DNA from: Ignavibacteriota bacterium
GTDB taxonomy: Bacteria; Bacteroidota; Ignavibacteria; UBA10030; UBA6906
Direction of reading: 5' to 3'
Length of the DNA: 64,000 nt
NCBI GenBank assembly: GCA_016218065.1
Contig: JACRFA010000113.1
Span: 6,458-70,457 of the forward strand
Shown here: in pieces, positions 9,222-19,436 of the stretch
Layout of the letters: each line of letters opens with the position of its first letter
Position numbering within the stretch: the first letter of the stretch is position 1
Made by a program: the position numbers and the translations under genes
The notes under the pieces: model-generated
What the model was told of the DNA's origin: nothing
Databases searched by the model: none
Seen by the model: only the letters and a program-made list of their open reading frames with translations

Positions 9222-11614
9222 TGGTTGTCGATCGTTTTGATTGTCCGGGTCAGACGCTGCTCGTTCGATTCCTCACCGTCGGTTGTCTGCGAAGGAGCAG
9301 TTCCCTCGGCAGGCTTTGCCTCCCGCGCCCGTTCTTGCTTCTGGCGCTCCGCGTCGCCGTCGTCTGGCCGCGTCTCTTCACGCGCCTCGCTTCCCGGATA
9401 TTTCACACGGGCATGATACACGCCGACGAGCACGCCGAGGAACGCCTTCTTGATCTTGGTCAGATCTTTCAGCGTCAGCGGACACTCGTCCAGCTCTCCT
9501 TCCTCAAAGCGCTTCTTGATCAGATCGTCGATCAACACTTCAAGTTTTTGTGGCGATGGATCTTCGAGTGTTCGCGCTGCTGCTTCGATGGAATCGGCGA
9601 GCATGAGGATGCCGGTTTCCTTCGTCTGCGGCCGCGGGCCGGGGTACCGGTAATCTTCCTCGTTGATCTCGTCGATCTTCGTCTCGTCGTCGGAGCTTTC
9701 AGCAAGCTTGAGAGCTTTGCGGTAGAAGTAGTCGATGCGCGTCGTGCCGTGATGTTGCGGAATGAAATCAATCACTTCTTCCGGAAGATTATAGTCGCGG
9801 GCAATCGCCATTCCCTGCTTCACATGATTCTGGATGATCAACGAGCTCATGCGCGGAGAGAGCTTGTCGTGCCGGTTGCGTGTTCCTTTCTGGTTCTCCA
9901 CAAAGTAGTTGGGCTTCTCGATCTTGCCGATATCATGGAAGAGCGCTCCCACACGCGCGAGCACTTCATTTGCGCCAACCGCCGCGGCGCCGGCCTCGGC
10001 GAGACTCGCCATCGAGACGCTATGATGGTACGTCCCCGGCGCCTTTTCAGATAAGAGCTTGAGCAGCGGATGTTTGAAATGCGCAAGCTCGATCAGCGTC
10101 AGGTCGGTCGTTACTTTGGCTGAACGCTCGAAAAAGATCAGCAGACCGAAGGTCAGTACCGGCGAGATGATGGAGTTTGCCAGCGCGTAGGTCATCTCTT
10201 CCGCCATGACGGTCCAGGGCGCAATGCGTTCCATGCCGAGCGCGAAAATTGTCAGAACGTACCCGAGGAAAATGAATCCGAAGGAACGAATGATCTGCGT
10301 GCGATTGCGAACGTCGCGGACCGTGTACACGGAAAGCGCGCCGGCCACGAGCGCCGCGAGCCCGATCGCATAATCGTTGCCGCGAATCCCGGCGACAAGG
10401 TAGGCAATCGTGACGGTACCGTAGAACCCCACGCGCGAATCGAAGATAATCGTCAGCAGCATCGACGCCGCGGGCACGACGATGAGATACTCGACCGGCC
10501 CGGAGACCGGAATGACGCGCGTGAGATGCGCGAAGAATCCCTCCATCAAAATCAGCAGCGCGACAATCGCCAATCGTCGATCGTTGGAAAAAATTCTTGG
10601 GCGGAAGAGGGAGAGATACAATCCAAACAAGAACACCACGATCGCCACGTGCAGGATAATGCCGACATACTGGAACGGCCCCGATGACGCGCCGCCTTGT
10701 TCAACTCTTGCCTTGCGGAGTGAGTCCAGCTTTTGTTTGATGTCGGTCGTGATGCGCTCGTTCTTGCTCACGATACGGTCGGCTTCCTGCACAAATCCCG
10801 ATGTGCGCGGAACAGAGGCGATCGCCGCTTTCTCCGCGACTTCTGTGGCAGCTTCCTGATATCGGATGTTCGGCACCAAATGAATCACGCCGATCTTGTG
10901 CGCCACATCCACTGTATCGTTGTCACGCCCGTAGAAGGCGATCAGGTCGTTGTCGAGCCGCGTCGCGACTTCATTGAGATCCAGAAATTTGTCGGGCGAG
11001 ATGAGCTCCTCGACCGTTCCCTTGCGCAAAGCAAGTTGCGGACGCGAAAGAGTCCGTTTTTCAGTATCGAGAATCCCGGATTCGAGATACGATCGCGTCA
11101 GGCGAAGCAGCTCATCACGCATCGCGTTGATCTGGCGATCGGTCAGCCCGGCGAGCAGGCTCCATTCGCGTTCGAACAGCCGAACTTGGAGCTGCGAGGC
11201 AAGCTGAACGAACCGTGCGGAGTCCGCGGCGGCAGCGGTGCGAGCGACATCCTTCCGCACTCGCAACGCCTCGTCGAGCCTCGCGAAGAACTTCTCCAAC
11301 TCCAGTTGCTGGACTTTCATGAGCGAGTCGATCCGTTCGAACACAGGATAGACGTTCTTCTTCGCGTCGTCAACTTCTTTCAAATACTCTTGCTGGTCGC
11401 GCAGAATGGGAAACGAGAAGGGTGCGTACAAATCATCCTGCGCCCACACACCGCCGACTTTGTATTCAAACTCGATGGCTTCGCCGCGCGGAAACATCAA
11501 TCCCAGCAGAACCACCAGCGTCAGCGCAATGGCGCCTTTCACGGCAATCTCCTTCGTCGGCCCGATGCTTCTGATGCGCGACCAGGGGCTTGTACGTCGT
11601 CTCTCTTCAGTCAT
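9218..11614 (-). CDS. 7TM-receptor HDIG-domain phosphohydrolase (PgpH-like)
   Basis: 798 aa. An extracytoplasmic N-domain is followed by about 7 TM helices and a C-terminal HD domain (LFHDIGK, HHGT). This architecture matches the PgpH family. Confidence 0.85.
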   Translation of the reverse strand: MTEERRRTSPWSRIRSIGPTKEIAVKGAIALTLVVLLGLMFPRGEAIEFEYKVGGVWAQDDLYAPFSFPILRDQQEYLKEVDDAKKNVYPVFERIDSLMKVQQLELEKFFARLDEALRVRKDVARTAAAADSARFVQLASQLQVRLFEREWSLLAGLTDRQINAMRDELLRLTRSYLESGILDTEKRTLSRPQLALRKGTVEELISPDKFLDLNEVATRLDNDLIAFYGRDNDTVDVAHKIGVIHLVPNIRYQEAATEVAEKAAIASVPRTSGFVQEADRIVSKNERITTDIKQKLDSLRKARVEQGGASSGPFQYVGIILHVAIVVFLFGLYLSLFRPRIFSNDRRLAIVALLILMEGFFAHLTRVIPVSGPVEYLIVVPAASMLLTIIFDSRVGFYGTVTIAYLVAGIRGNDYAIGLAALVAGALSVYTVRDVRNRTQIIRSFGFIFLGYVLTIFALGMERIAPWTVMAEEMTYALANSIISPVLTFGLLIFFERSAKVTTDLTLIELAHFKHPLLKLLSEKAPGTYHHSVSMASLAEAGAAAVGANEVLARVGALFHDIGKIEKPNYFVENQKGTRNRHDKLSPRMSSLIIQNHVKQGMAIARDYNLPEEVIDFIPQHHGTTRIDYFYRKALKLAESSDDETKIDEINEEDYRYPGPRPQTKETGILMLADSIEAAARTLEDPSPQKLEVLIDDLIKKRFEEGELDECPLTLKDLTKIKKAFLGVLVGVYHARVKYPGSEAREETRPDDGDAERQKQERAREAKPAEGTAPSQTTDGEESNEQRLTRTIKTIDNQ

Positions 11615-11688
11615 AGAATCAAATTTTCGTTTGAAATATCGGGAGAATGCCTAAGATAAGCAACGCGCATAATTGCGATCTGGTGCCG

Positions 11689-11730
11689 CAAAAAACAGAA
11701 AAGCCTCGACTGCATTCACAGGCGAGGCTT
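11689..11730 (-). terminator. intrinsic terminator after the cytochrome-like cluster
   Basis: 8-bp stem AAGCCTCG/CGAGGCTT (11701-11708 / 11723-11730). On the minus strand it is followed by TTTCTGTTTTTTG. Confidence 0.75.
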
Positions 11731-11747
11731 GCGGTGAGTTCGATGCA

Positions 11748-12161
11748 CTAATTGTTCTTTGCGCCCTGATCAATCCATGTCGCGATGGTCTTGATTTGCT
11801 CCGCGTTGAGCCAGACAGCTTTCCCTTCACGAATCTTCTTCTTCGAATTGAGCGGCATCCGATCGCCAAACGGCGGATCCTCACTCAGCTTCTGAATCAT
11901 CAGACTCTCTTTCGAATTCCCCGGCTTGAACGGGACGCCATTCTTTCCGCCTTTTGCGATCTGATCATAGGAGTCCATCGAGAGCTCGCTGGGATTGAAG
12001 TTGTCCTCCGAATGACAGGGCAAACATCGCGCCTTGATGATCGGAAATACCGAAGCCTTGAATGAAACCTTTTCGTCCTTTTCCTGTCCGATGGTAGCAA
12101 GTTGGACAATCAGAACAGTTGCACCCATCATCAACCATAGTCGCGTCTTCATCAGTCTCAA
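11748..12161 (-). CDS. PSCyt1-type cytochrome-c-like protein
   Basis: 137 aa with a signal peptide. It has a single CXXCH (CLPCH) and a C-terminal ATWIDQGA motif, as in Planctomycete-type cytochrome C (PSCyt1) domains. Confidence 0.6.
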   Translation of the reverse strand: MRLMKTRLWLMMGATVLIVQLATIGQEKDEKVSFKASVFPIIKARCLPCHSEDNFNPSELSMDSYDQIAKGGKNGVPFKPGNSKESLMIQKLSEDPPFGDRMPLNSKKKIREGKAVWLNAEQIKTIATWIDQGAKNN

Positions 12162-12215
12162 TCTCCTTAGAACCTACACTACATTATAAGAATGTTCGGA
12201 ACAAAACGGCGGCGC

Positions 12216-12632
12216 TCAGTTATCCGCCGCGCCCTCATCGATCCAATTCTTGACTATGTCGATGGATGTTTGGCTGAGCGGCGATCCACCCCGCGGCATG
12301 CGAGTGCCGCACGATGTGCCGGAGATCTTCTTGTAGAGTACACTCGATCCCGAATTTCCCGGATTCACTCTCTTCTCCGACGTACAGCTCGATGTCGCCT
12401 GCACATTCACGATGTTTCCGCGGCTTACGCCTGCCTCAAGTGAAAATGGGGCGCTGCCTCCGGCTGAATGACAACCGGTGCAGTTGCCCGAGAAAATCGG
12501 TTGTACGTGTGATGCGAACGAGATAGGTCCTGCCGGCGGAGCAACAGTCGGCTCATCTCCTTCATCCTTGCAGCTGTACGCAAAAGCTCCCAACGTCAGA
12601 AGCACGATCCCTACCCTCACGTTCGCTCTCAT
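12216..12632 (-). CDS. PSCyt1-type cytochrome-c-like lipoprotein
   Basis: 138 aa. Lipobox AYSC; HVQPIFSGNCTGCHS followed by ...RMPRGGSPLSQTSIDIVKNWIDEGA, the PSCyt1 pattern. Confidence 0.6.
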   Translation of the reverse strand: MRANVRVGIVLLTLGAFAYSCKDEGDEPTVAPPAGPISFASHVQPIFSGNCTGCHSAGGSAPFSLEAGVSRGNIVNVQATSSCTSEKRVNPGNSGSSVLYKKISGTSCGTRMPRGGSPLSQTSIDIVKNWIDEGAADN

Positions 12633-12641
12633 CCTTCCCTC

Positions 12642-13727
12642 CTATAAATAGAAATGAACTAGCATGTGGAACTCGTTATTCTTCGTATCAACCGGATCTT
12701 CTTTGATGATGCGATACATCGGGCGAACTTCAACTCCGCTGATCGGGAAGAATTCAAAACCAAGACTCAATCTCCACATCGCTCCGGTCTTGAAATCTTT
12801 GTTCGGATCATAGAAGTCGTAGATGACCTTTGCATCAAAGCCGGGGACGATGACGTAATCGGCTTCGACATAGGCAACAACAGCCGTTGTGTCGCCGGCG
12901 CTCTTGTCCTTGACAAAATCTCCCTCCATCATCACCGTGAAGTCGCCAAAACTCAGGCCGCCGAAACCGCCGAACATCGTTGTCTTCACGCCGCCCGTAT
13001 TTTTGTGGAAGACGTTTGCTCCCGCCCAAAAGTTTACAGACTCGCTCGCTTTGAAAATTCCTTCCAGCCTGCCGAGGAACGCCTTGTTACTGGAGATCAC
13101 CGGCGCCCGCCCTTCCGAGGAATTATAGATTCCACCCGTCAGCGAGATCGGTCCGGGTGAGAAGCCAATCTCGCCGCCGGTGAAAAACGGGGAGCCCGTC
13201 TCGGGACTGAAGCCGGTGAACTCGCGCGTATAAACGCGATGCTCATCGACTTTGATGCCGTAGTTTGGAATGAAGCGACCGACTTTCAGATAGCCGTTGG
13301 CCGGAAGAATGTCGAGCTTGCCGAAGATCTCATAGTTCGACAGGCCACGATCGATGTAGATGTTGATCTTCTTCGCGAGCTTGAAATTCAAATACACATC
13401 ACCCTGCATCTGAAAGAACGCATTCGAGCTGCCCCCGGGGCTATCGATGTAGTAGTAGAGCGTGCGGAAATCGGCGCCGACCGAGATCGTCTCGCTCAGC
13501 TTCGTCGAGAATTCGTCGAAGTCAAAGTCCTCGCTCCAGGTTGGTACCGGCAGCGTCTCTCGTCCGTACTGCACGCCGAACGCTTGCCGCATGCCTCCAC
13601 CGGACGGATTCACATGACACGACTGACATTTCGCTCCGGTGCGCATCGCAAATCTGGGAAGTGCAGTCGAGGTTTCGGCGGCAACCATGAGCAGAGCGAG
13701 AAGGGCAACAGAAAACTGGTTCTTCAT
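12642..13727 (-). CDS. putative outer-membrane beta-barrel protein with an N-terminal CXXCH motif
   Basis: 361 aa with a signal peptide. The motif RFAMRTGAKCQSCHVNPSGGGMR is followed by alternating amphipathic beta-strand-like segments rich in G/Y/F, ending ...MLVHFYL. Confidence 0.55.
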   Translation of the reverse strand: MKNQFSVALLALLMVAAETSTALPRFAMRTGAKCQSCHVNPSGGGMRQAFGVQYGRETLPVPTWSEDFDFDEFSTKLSETISVGADFRTLYYYIDSPGGSSNAFFQMQGDVYLNFKLAKKINIYIDRGLSNYEIFGKLDILPANGYLKVGRFIPNYGIKVDEHRVYTREFTGFSPETGSPFFTGGEIGFSPGPISLTGGIYNSSEGRAPVISSNKAFLGRLEGIFKASESVNFWAGANVFHKNTGGVKTTMFGGFGGLSFGDFTVMMEGDFVKDKSAGDTTAVVAYVEADYVIVPGFDAKVIYDFYDPNKDFKTGAMWRLSLGFEFFPISGVEVRPMYRIIKEDPVDTKNNEFHMLVHFYL

Positions 13728-13871
13728 AAGCGGGCCTCATTGGAAGGTTGATGGTATCGATTAGCTTCAAAAAGCGAGCGCAGGAATATACCAACGCCCT
13801 CCATCTGAGTCAATGAAGTCGAGGCCAATGAAGGACAGAACAGATGAACCGGTGCCGGACTCATGTCAGTT

Positions 13872-14450
13872 TCATGACGCATAGGAGAACAACGATGGAC
13901 CGTAACCCTGTTTCGTTGCGTACGCCTGAAGCTGCTCCGCCAACATTTTTCGCGCACGATGAATGCGCGAACGAATTGTGCCGATCGGCGTCTTCGAAAA
14001 CTCTGCGATCTCCTCGTAGGTGTAGCCTTCGATGTCGCTGAGGATGATCGCGGTTTGATACTCTGCCGGAAGCGCATCAAGCGCCCGCTCCACTTCGTCT
14101 CCCACCATCGCTTCATGCGCCTCAGCAGAAGTATTGTCTGTCAACAGAACCCGCGTCCCGCGGCGGCCGTCATCATCATTGACGCTCGAGCCATCCTCGG
14201 AAAAATCTACCGCAATTGTCTCGTACTGCTTCCGACGGTAGTCGTTGATGTACGAGTTCTTGCAAATCTGAAAGAGCCATGCGCGACAGTTCGTGCCCTC
14301 CTGATACAAGTGACAAGACTTGCATGCGCGCAGCATTGTCTCCTGCACAAGGTCGTTCGTGTAATGCTGATCGCGACAAAGTTTGAAGGCAAAGTTTCGC
14401 AGGGCGTCGAGGTGTTGAAGAGCCTCTCGCGAAAACACGTCACTGGGCAT
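13872..14450 (-). CDS. ECF-type RNA polymerase sigma-70 family factor
   Basis: 192 aa. Region 2 (DLVQETMLRA ... WLFQICKNSYIND) and region 4 (ILSDIEGYTYEEIAEFSKTPIGTIRSRIHRARK) motifs. Confidence 0.85.
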   Translation of the reverse strand: MPSDVFSREALQHLDALRNFAFKLCRDQHYTNDLVQETMLRACKSCHLYQEGTNCRAWLFQICKNSYINDYRRKQYETIAVDFSEDGSSVNDDDGRRGTRVLLTDNTSAEAHEAMVGDEVERALDALPAEYQTAIILSDIEGYTYEEIAEFSKTPIGTIRSRIHRARKMLAEQLQAYATKQGYGPSLFSYAS

Positions 14451-15013
14451 AGTCGGCTCACGTTGTGGTGTTTGATTGACGAATAGGAATCCAAAGCGTG
14501 TGCCAGCGAGCCAACGCGGCCGAACGTTCTTTTTTCTTTCGGATTAGTGGATTATTGGATTTGTGGATGGAGGCGTGGGGAGTGAACGCCACAGCGAAAA
14601 GCAATCGTGCAGGAATCCTCTGTGGCAAACACGCTACACAGAGCATTGGGCGACGAGTCTCGTCGCCCTACACGCAGTACACTTCTCAGCAAAACAGAAA
14701 AGGTCTGACCAGCAGCGTCATGCGTTCCAGTTCGACTTCGTTGTTTCTGAGAAGATCGTGTTCCCACGTACCGGTGGCATGACTTGGATAGCTCGACTCT
14801 CAAGACTCGGATTCTGTATGAGCCCGTTAGCTATCTGTCGATTAGCGTCGTCTTCCGGCAGCACGTGAGCGTGAGGACGATAGTTATTCGTACTCAATGT
14901 GTGATGTCTCCCCGAATCAAGGCATCTACGAGATCACCGGAAGGTGCGATTGCGCCATTTCAACAATTAACTTTCAATGATGCAATGCTGCAATGATCCA
15001 ATGACTCAATCTT

Positions 15014-15724
15014 TCATGTGGCTTTTCTCTCAAGCGATCGAAATTTCAAAGCGAGCGTCGGCGGACTTTGTTCGGTGTTCTCGTGCTTGAAATACACGAA
15101 GGCGGAGTTCCACTTCTGATCGTGAATCCGCTTCATCCATTTCTTCAGGTCGGGGCCCGTGTATCCTTCGCGTCGCAAACGAAGGTAACCCCAATTCGCC
15201 GTGCTGACGAACGGCACTTCGAGCTTCTCATCAAAGTCAGCGATGCACAGGGAGCTGTTGTTCTCCTTCAATACTGTGTAGGTGTCGTCATCGAACCATG
15301 AAGTATTACGGAACTCCAGCGCGACTTTGATGTCGCCGGAGAGCAGCTTGAAGAATTGCCTTAGTCGCTCGATGTCTTTCTTCATGTTCGGTGGAAGCTG
15401 AAAAAGGAGGACGCCCAATCTATCGCCCATGATGCGCGCCGTTCGTATCAGATATTCCGTTTCGTCGCCAACATCCTTCAGCCGCTTGATGTGCGTGATC
15501 TTCTGAGATGCTTTCACGGAGAAGCGAAACTCTGCCGGCACGTGCTCGCTCCACGATTTCATGACGCTCTCTTTCGGCAAACGGTAGAATGTATTATTGA
15601 TCTCGACGGAATTCAGCTTCGTGGCGTAGAATTTTAGGAACTCCTTGTCCGAAAGATCTTCGGGATAGAAGTCGCCTTTCCATTCCTTGTAGCTGTAGCC
15701 GCTGGTGCCGATGTAGAGGTTCAT
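15014..15724 (-). CDS. DUF72 (UPF0759) family protein
   Basis: The N-terminus MNLYIGTSGYSYKEWKGDFYP is the canonical DUF72 start. The ORF track extends upstream to 15808, but the internal ATG at 15724 fits family length. Confidence 0.8.
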   Translation of the reverse strand: MNLYIGTSGYSYKEWKGDFYPEDLSDKEFLKFYATKLNSVEINNTFYRLPKESVMKSWSEHVPAEFRFSVKASQKITHIKRLKDVGDETEYLIRTARIMGDRLGVLLFQLPPNMKKDIERLRQFFKLLSGDIKVALEFRNTSWFDDDTYTVLKENNSSLCIADFDEKLEVPFVSTANWGYLRLRREGYTGPDLKKWMKRIHDQKWNSAFVYFKHENTEQSPPTLALKFRSLERKAT

Positions 15725-15828
15725 GCGTGGTTTCTTCTTTCCTTCAACCCTGAGCGTTCTTTGCGAAAGGGTCTGGTTGCTTGATTCATGTTTTGGGGTG
15801 AGGTTCAAGCATCATTTCTTCCGTTCTT

Positions 15829-16623
15829 CTATTTGGTTGCAAACACTTTCTTGAAGAACGCTTTCAGATCATTCCACGATGCCTTGTCGGCCTTGGCGTT
15901 GTAGGCGAGCGGAAGATTGAACTTCTTCCCCGCTTCTGTTGCAGCCGGATTCGTAAAAGAGTGCTTCGCGCCGGAATATGATTTGAATGTGAGATCGGCT
16001 TTGGCCTGCTCCATCTCGTTCTTGAATTTAGCAATGTCTTCTTGTGTCACGAACGGATCAGCCGCTCCGTTGCAGACGAGGATGTTCGCCTTGATGTCCC
16101 CTTCTTCCGCGGGCGTTTGCGTTGCGAGGCTTCCGTGAAAGCTCGCGACGCCATTCAGATCAACGCCCATGCGCGCCATGTGCAGCACGATTCCTCCGCC
16201 GAAGCAGTACCCGATTGCCGCCACTCGCTCCGGATCGACGGTCTCTTGTTCTTTCAGCAAATCGAGCGCCGCCGTGAAGCGCGCCTTCGCAACCGGCATG
16301 TTCTTGAACAATTCACCCGAGAATTTTGATGCATCTTCCGGATGTGTTGCCATCTTGCCATCGCCGTACATATCGATTGCGAGCGCGGTGTAGCCCATTT
16401 GCGCGAGCATGCGAGCGCGCTTCCGGGCGTAGTCATTCAATCCCCACCACTCATGCACGACCAGCACTCCGGGACGTTTCTCTTTCACCGCATCATCATA
16501 AACAAGAAACCCTCTCATCACGACGCCGTCGGAAGTGTATTCAATTTCTTCTCCTTTGATTTCGGCAAATGATGAAAGGGCAGCACAAGACAACAGAAGT
16601 GCAACCATCGCAAATCGTGTCAT
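15829..16623 (-). CDS. dienelactone hydrolase family protein (secreted)
   Basis: Start chosen at MTRFAMVALLLSCAALSSFA (signal peptide); the ORF track extends to 16728. Alpha/beta-hydrolase motifs GYCFGGG and GAKHSF are typical of DLH. Confidence 0.8.
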   Translation of the reverse strand: MTRFAMVALLLSCAALSSFAEIKGEEIEYTSDGVVMRGFLVYDDAVKEKRPGVLVVHEWWGLNDYARKRARMLAQMGYTALAIDMYGDGKMATHPEDASKFSGELFKNMPVAKARFTAALDLLKEQETVDPERVAAIGYCFGGGIVLHMARMGVDLNGVASFHGSLATQTPAEEGDIKANILVCNGAADPFVTQEDIAKFKNEMEQAKADLTFKSYSGAKHSFTNPAATEAGKKFNLPLAYNAKADKASWNDLKAFFKKVFATK

Positions 16624-16724
16624 GGATCCTCCGTTATGTTGAGAATGAACAGGCCAAGTGTTCGCGTGAAATTGTAATAAAAATGAAACTGCTATACAAG
16701 TGCCGCAATACGTTTTTGCAGGCA

Positions 16725-19436
16725 TCAATACGAGTCTACAGTTTCAACTCCTCCCTCCACCGCGCCCGATTCATCGGCGGACAGTAACGTGTTGTAGGCA
16801 AACGTCGCGCATAGCACAGTAAACGGATATGCAATGAGATAGCCGATACCGAGGAACAATAGACCTACGATGTTCACGAACGCGCACGTGATCGCCAGTA
16901 CGATGAGGCTTGCTTCGACCTTTCTGGTATGAACAAAGCTTGCCTTCAATGATTCGATCGGGCCCATGTGTTGATCGATGATGAACAACGAGTAGAACTG
17001 CAATTTCACGGCGAGAATAATGCCCGGAACAACAAGCATCACCAATCCAAGGAGCATCGCACTAAAGTAAACGACGGTTGCAACCACGTACGTGAAGAAC
17101 TCGCGCACATCAGGAAAGAAGTGGAGCAGAGTCTCTTGCCGCTTTTCGCACGATGCAAGCGACGCTTTCATCACTACGAGTCCGGCTGCGGTGGCGATCA
17201 GGTTCGCGGCGATCATCATAGCGACCAACGCCGCAGTATCATGCGGCCTGAAAAACTCCACCACAATAATCGCGACCAGCATCACGAGCGAAGCGCCCAC
17301 CGACACCGGAAGATTAAGCCTCAGCAGAGCGAACGAGTTCCGCAATACCTGCTGCACAGAAATGGTTTTGCTCGCAGCAGTGAAATGGAGAATAGCCGCA
17401 AGAAGGATCGTCGCTGCAAGAAGGACAACAGCAACGCCGGCAACGACGAACATCCAAATAGCACGGGAGATGTCGGGCTTCGATGTTCGTTTCGTATACG
17501 TCAGCCTGTACCCAAGCTGATCTCGCGCATCATCAATGTGTGCAATGTACGCCGGAACATCGGCAGCCGACACCGCATCGCGAAGCGTACGATAGGTATA
17601 CCGCAAAACGATTCGGTCACCATTTGTAACTTGTGAATAGTCGAATGTAAAACTTGAATCGCGAATGACTTTGCTCTCCGTAGAGGTCGGCCAATCCTCC
17701 GGCAACTTTATGTCGATCGTGTGGCGAGTGTACGTCGGGTGCGAGATTCCGTACGGTGCCAAGCGCGAACTCACATCCGGCTTGTGCAGCAGATCGCGGG
17801 TGTATTGTGCGTAGAACCCTGCCTTCAACCGGGTGCTGTCAGTCATGCGCGCCCAGAAGTGCGGAATCTTGTAATACTCGGTAGTCTGCACAAGGTTGAG
17901 CGAATCGATATCTTCAACGCGCAACGGCGCGCTGACAACGACTTCCGGATACTGCGTTCCATAGAAACCCTGATACCTTTTTTCCATGGCCGGACGGCTT
18001 ACGTCGGCAAAGTCTGAACGGGCGGCATCGGCTTTCTGGTGATAGAATTTCGTGATGACGAGTAATTCGGCTGGCTTCTCAAAATCCGTGATGCTATAGT
18101 ACTCGGCAATATCTACAAGCAGATCATTGTTTGGCGGTTGCACGATGGGCGCGAGTTCCTTTGTCCCCGGCGCCAACGGCAATCCGTACCCATAGTCAGG
18201 GATAAACGTGTGTTGCAACGTGCTTCGTTGGTGGGAATAGGTCGCGTCGAGCCAGTATGTTGTATCGTTCACAACAGCTCCCGCGATCACGTGGTCAAAC
18301 ACCGTCGGCGAAGGAAGTCTATGTCGCACAGCAAGCCTAAGATCCGTATCCACCAACACAGGAAAGGCTTCAACGCCCATCGCCTTCAACAACGTGCACA
18401 GCAATAACGACTTGTCTTTGCAATCGCCAAACCGACGTCGAAACACTTGGTCGGGCGGAGACGGTTTGTGCGAGCTCTCGCCAATCTCCATTCCGAGATA
18501 GCGAATCTCATCCTGCACAAACCGCACTGCAGCGGTTACCCGCTTGTCGACACTACTGAACCGTTGTTCCCACTCGCTCACTTTCTTCCGCATTGGCAGC
18601 GACAACCCAGATGAGTACGCGTACACTTCCGATCCCCATGCCGCGACTTCGGACCACGATGCATATTCGGAGATTTCAATTGCTGCGTACATATCGAACC
18701 AACCGGGGACGCCTGACTCATACGGTTTGCCGGGGATCGTATCCAATTCCCATCGGTACTCGCGCAGATGATCGTGCACACTGATCGACGGTTTGACAGA
18801 CGTGCTTCTGTTCTTGAAATGGAGCGTGCGTTCTTCACGGGAGAGAATTCGAAATTGCAGATGCGTCACCGGTTGACTCCATTCCAACCAAACTATTCTG
18901 GTAAACTTGCCGTGGAAGATCGGATTGCTCCCCTTGAGCGTGTATGAAAACTCGATGATATCTCCAACCCTGACATCCTCGAGAAATGTCAGGACCGTGA
19001 GCCTGCCATCATACAGACGCCGATCAAGACTTGTTTCGCGTTGGAGTGTTTTGAATTTGGATGTGTTCAACCTGTTCTGGCGACGCCCAGCGCGAATCAG
19101 ATCTAGCGTATGAAGAGTGAGTTGCTCATAGGAGGGATCGATGACGAACTCCAACTGCGATGCATTCTCAAGTCCTGCCTCGGTCTCAACTCGGTTTGCA
19201 TAGTGATGATAGAATTCCTCCGTCTCAAGATTCACTTGGTCATCCACGAGCAGGTAGCTCACGCCGTCCGTAATAGATTTGGATGTGTCAACGGCGCGCG
19301 CCGGGATCAACGCGGGGACAGTCCATGACGACGCCTTTGCTCTTGCAAAATGTTCTCCGGCAAAGGCGCCACGCGTGATTGCAGCACAGAGCAGAATGCC
19401 ACTGAAAACGGAAAGAGTGTACACACGCATCGCCAT
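16725..19436 (-). CDS. DUF3857 + transglutaminase-like domain protein with a C-terminal polytopic membrane region
   Basis: Transglutaminase core Cys motif GDCKDKSLLL, followed by His and Asp downstream. The last ~250 aa form several hydrophobic helices. The start is uncertain (ATG at 19436, 19430 or 19505). Confidence 0.7.
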   Translation of the reverse strand: MAMRVYTLSVFSGILLCAAITRGAFAGEHFARAKASSWTVPALIPARAVDTSKSITDGVSYLLVDDQVNLETEEFYHHYANRVETEAGLENASQLEFVIDPSYEQLTLHTLDLIRAGRRQNRLNTSKFKTLQRETSLDRRLYDGRLTVLTFLEDVRVGDIIEFSYTLKGSNPIFHGKFTRIVWLEWSQPVTHLQFRILSREERTLHFKNRSTSVKPSISVHDHLREYRWELDTIPGKPYESGVPGWFDMYAAIEISEYASWSEVAAWGSEVYAYSSGLSLPMRKKVSEWEQRFSSVDKRVTAAVRFVQDEIRYLGMEIGESSHKPSPPDQVFRRRFGDCKDKSLLLCTLLKAMGVEAFPVLVDTDLRLAVRHRLPSPTVFDHVIAGAVVNDTTYWLDATYSHQRSTLQHTFIPDYGYGLPLAPGTKELAPIVQPPNNDLLVDIAEYYSITDFEKPAELLVITKFYHQKADAARSDFADVSRPAMEKRYQGFYGTQYPEVVVSAPLRVEDIDSLNLVQTTEYYKIPHFWARMTDSTRLKAGFYAQYTRDLLHKPDVSSRLAPYGISHPTYTRHTIDIKLPEDWPTSTESKVIRDSSFTFDYSQVTNGDRIVLRYTYRTLRDAVSAADVPAYIAHIDDARDQLGYRLTYTKRTSKPDISRAIWMFVVAGVAVVLLAATILLAAILHFTAASKTISVQQVLRNSFALLRLNLPVSVGASLVMLVAIIVVEFFRPHDTAALVAMMIAANLIATAAGLVVMKASLASCEKRQETLLHFFPDVREFFTYVVATVVYFSAMLLGLVMLVVPGIILAVKLQFYSLFIIDQHMGPIESLKASFVHTRKVEASLIVLAITCAFVNIVGLLFLGIGYLIAYPFTVLCATFAYNTLLSADESGAVEGGVETVDSY

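Noticed and set aside
13724-14116. 130-aa ORF that could have been an anti-sigma factor downstream of the ECF sigma gene
   Set aside because: It overlaps the 3' half of the sigma-factor gene in another frame, has no TM helix or zinc-finger anti-sigma motif, and is Arg/Ser-rich like a shadow ORF.
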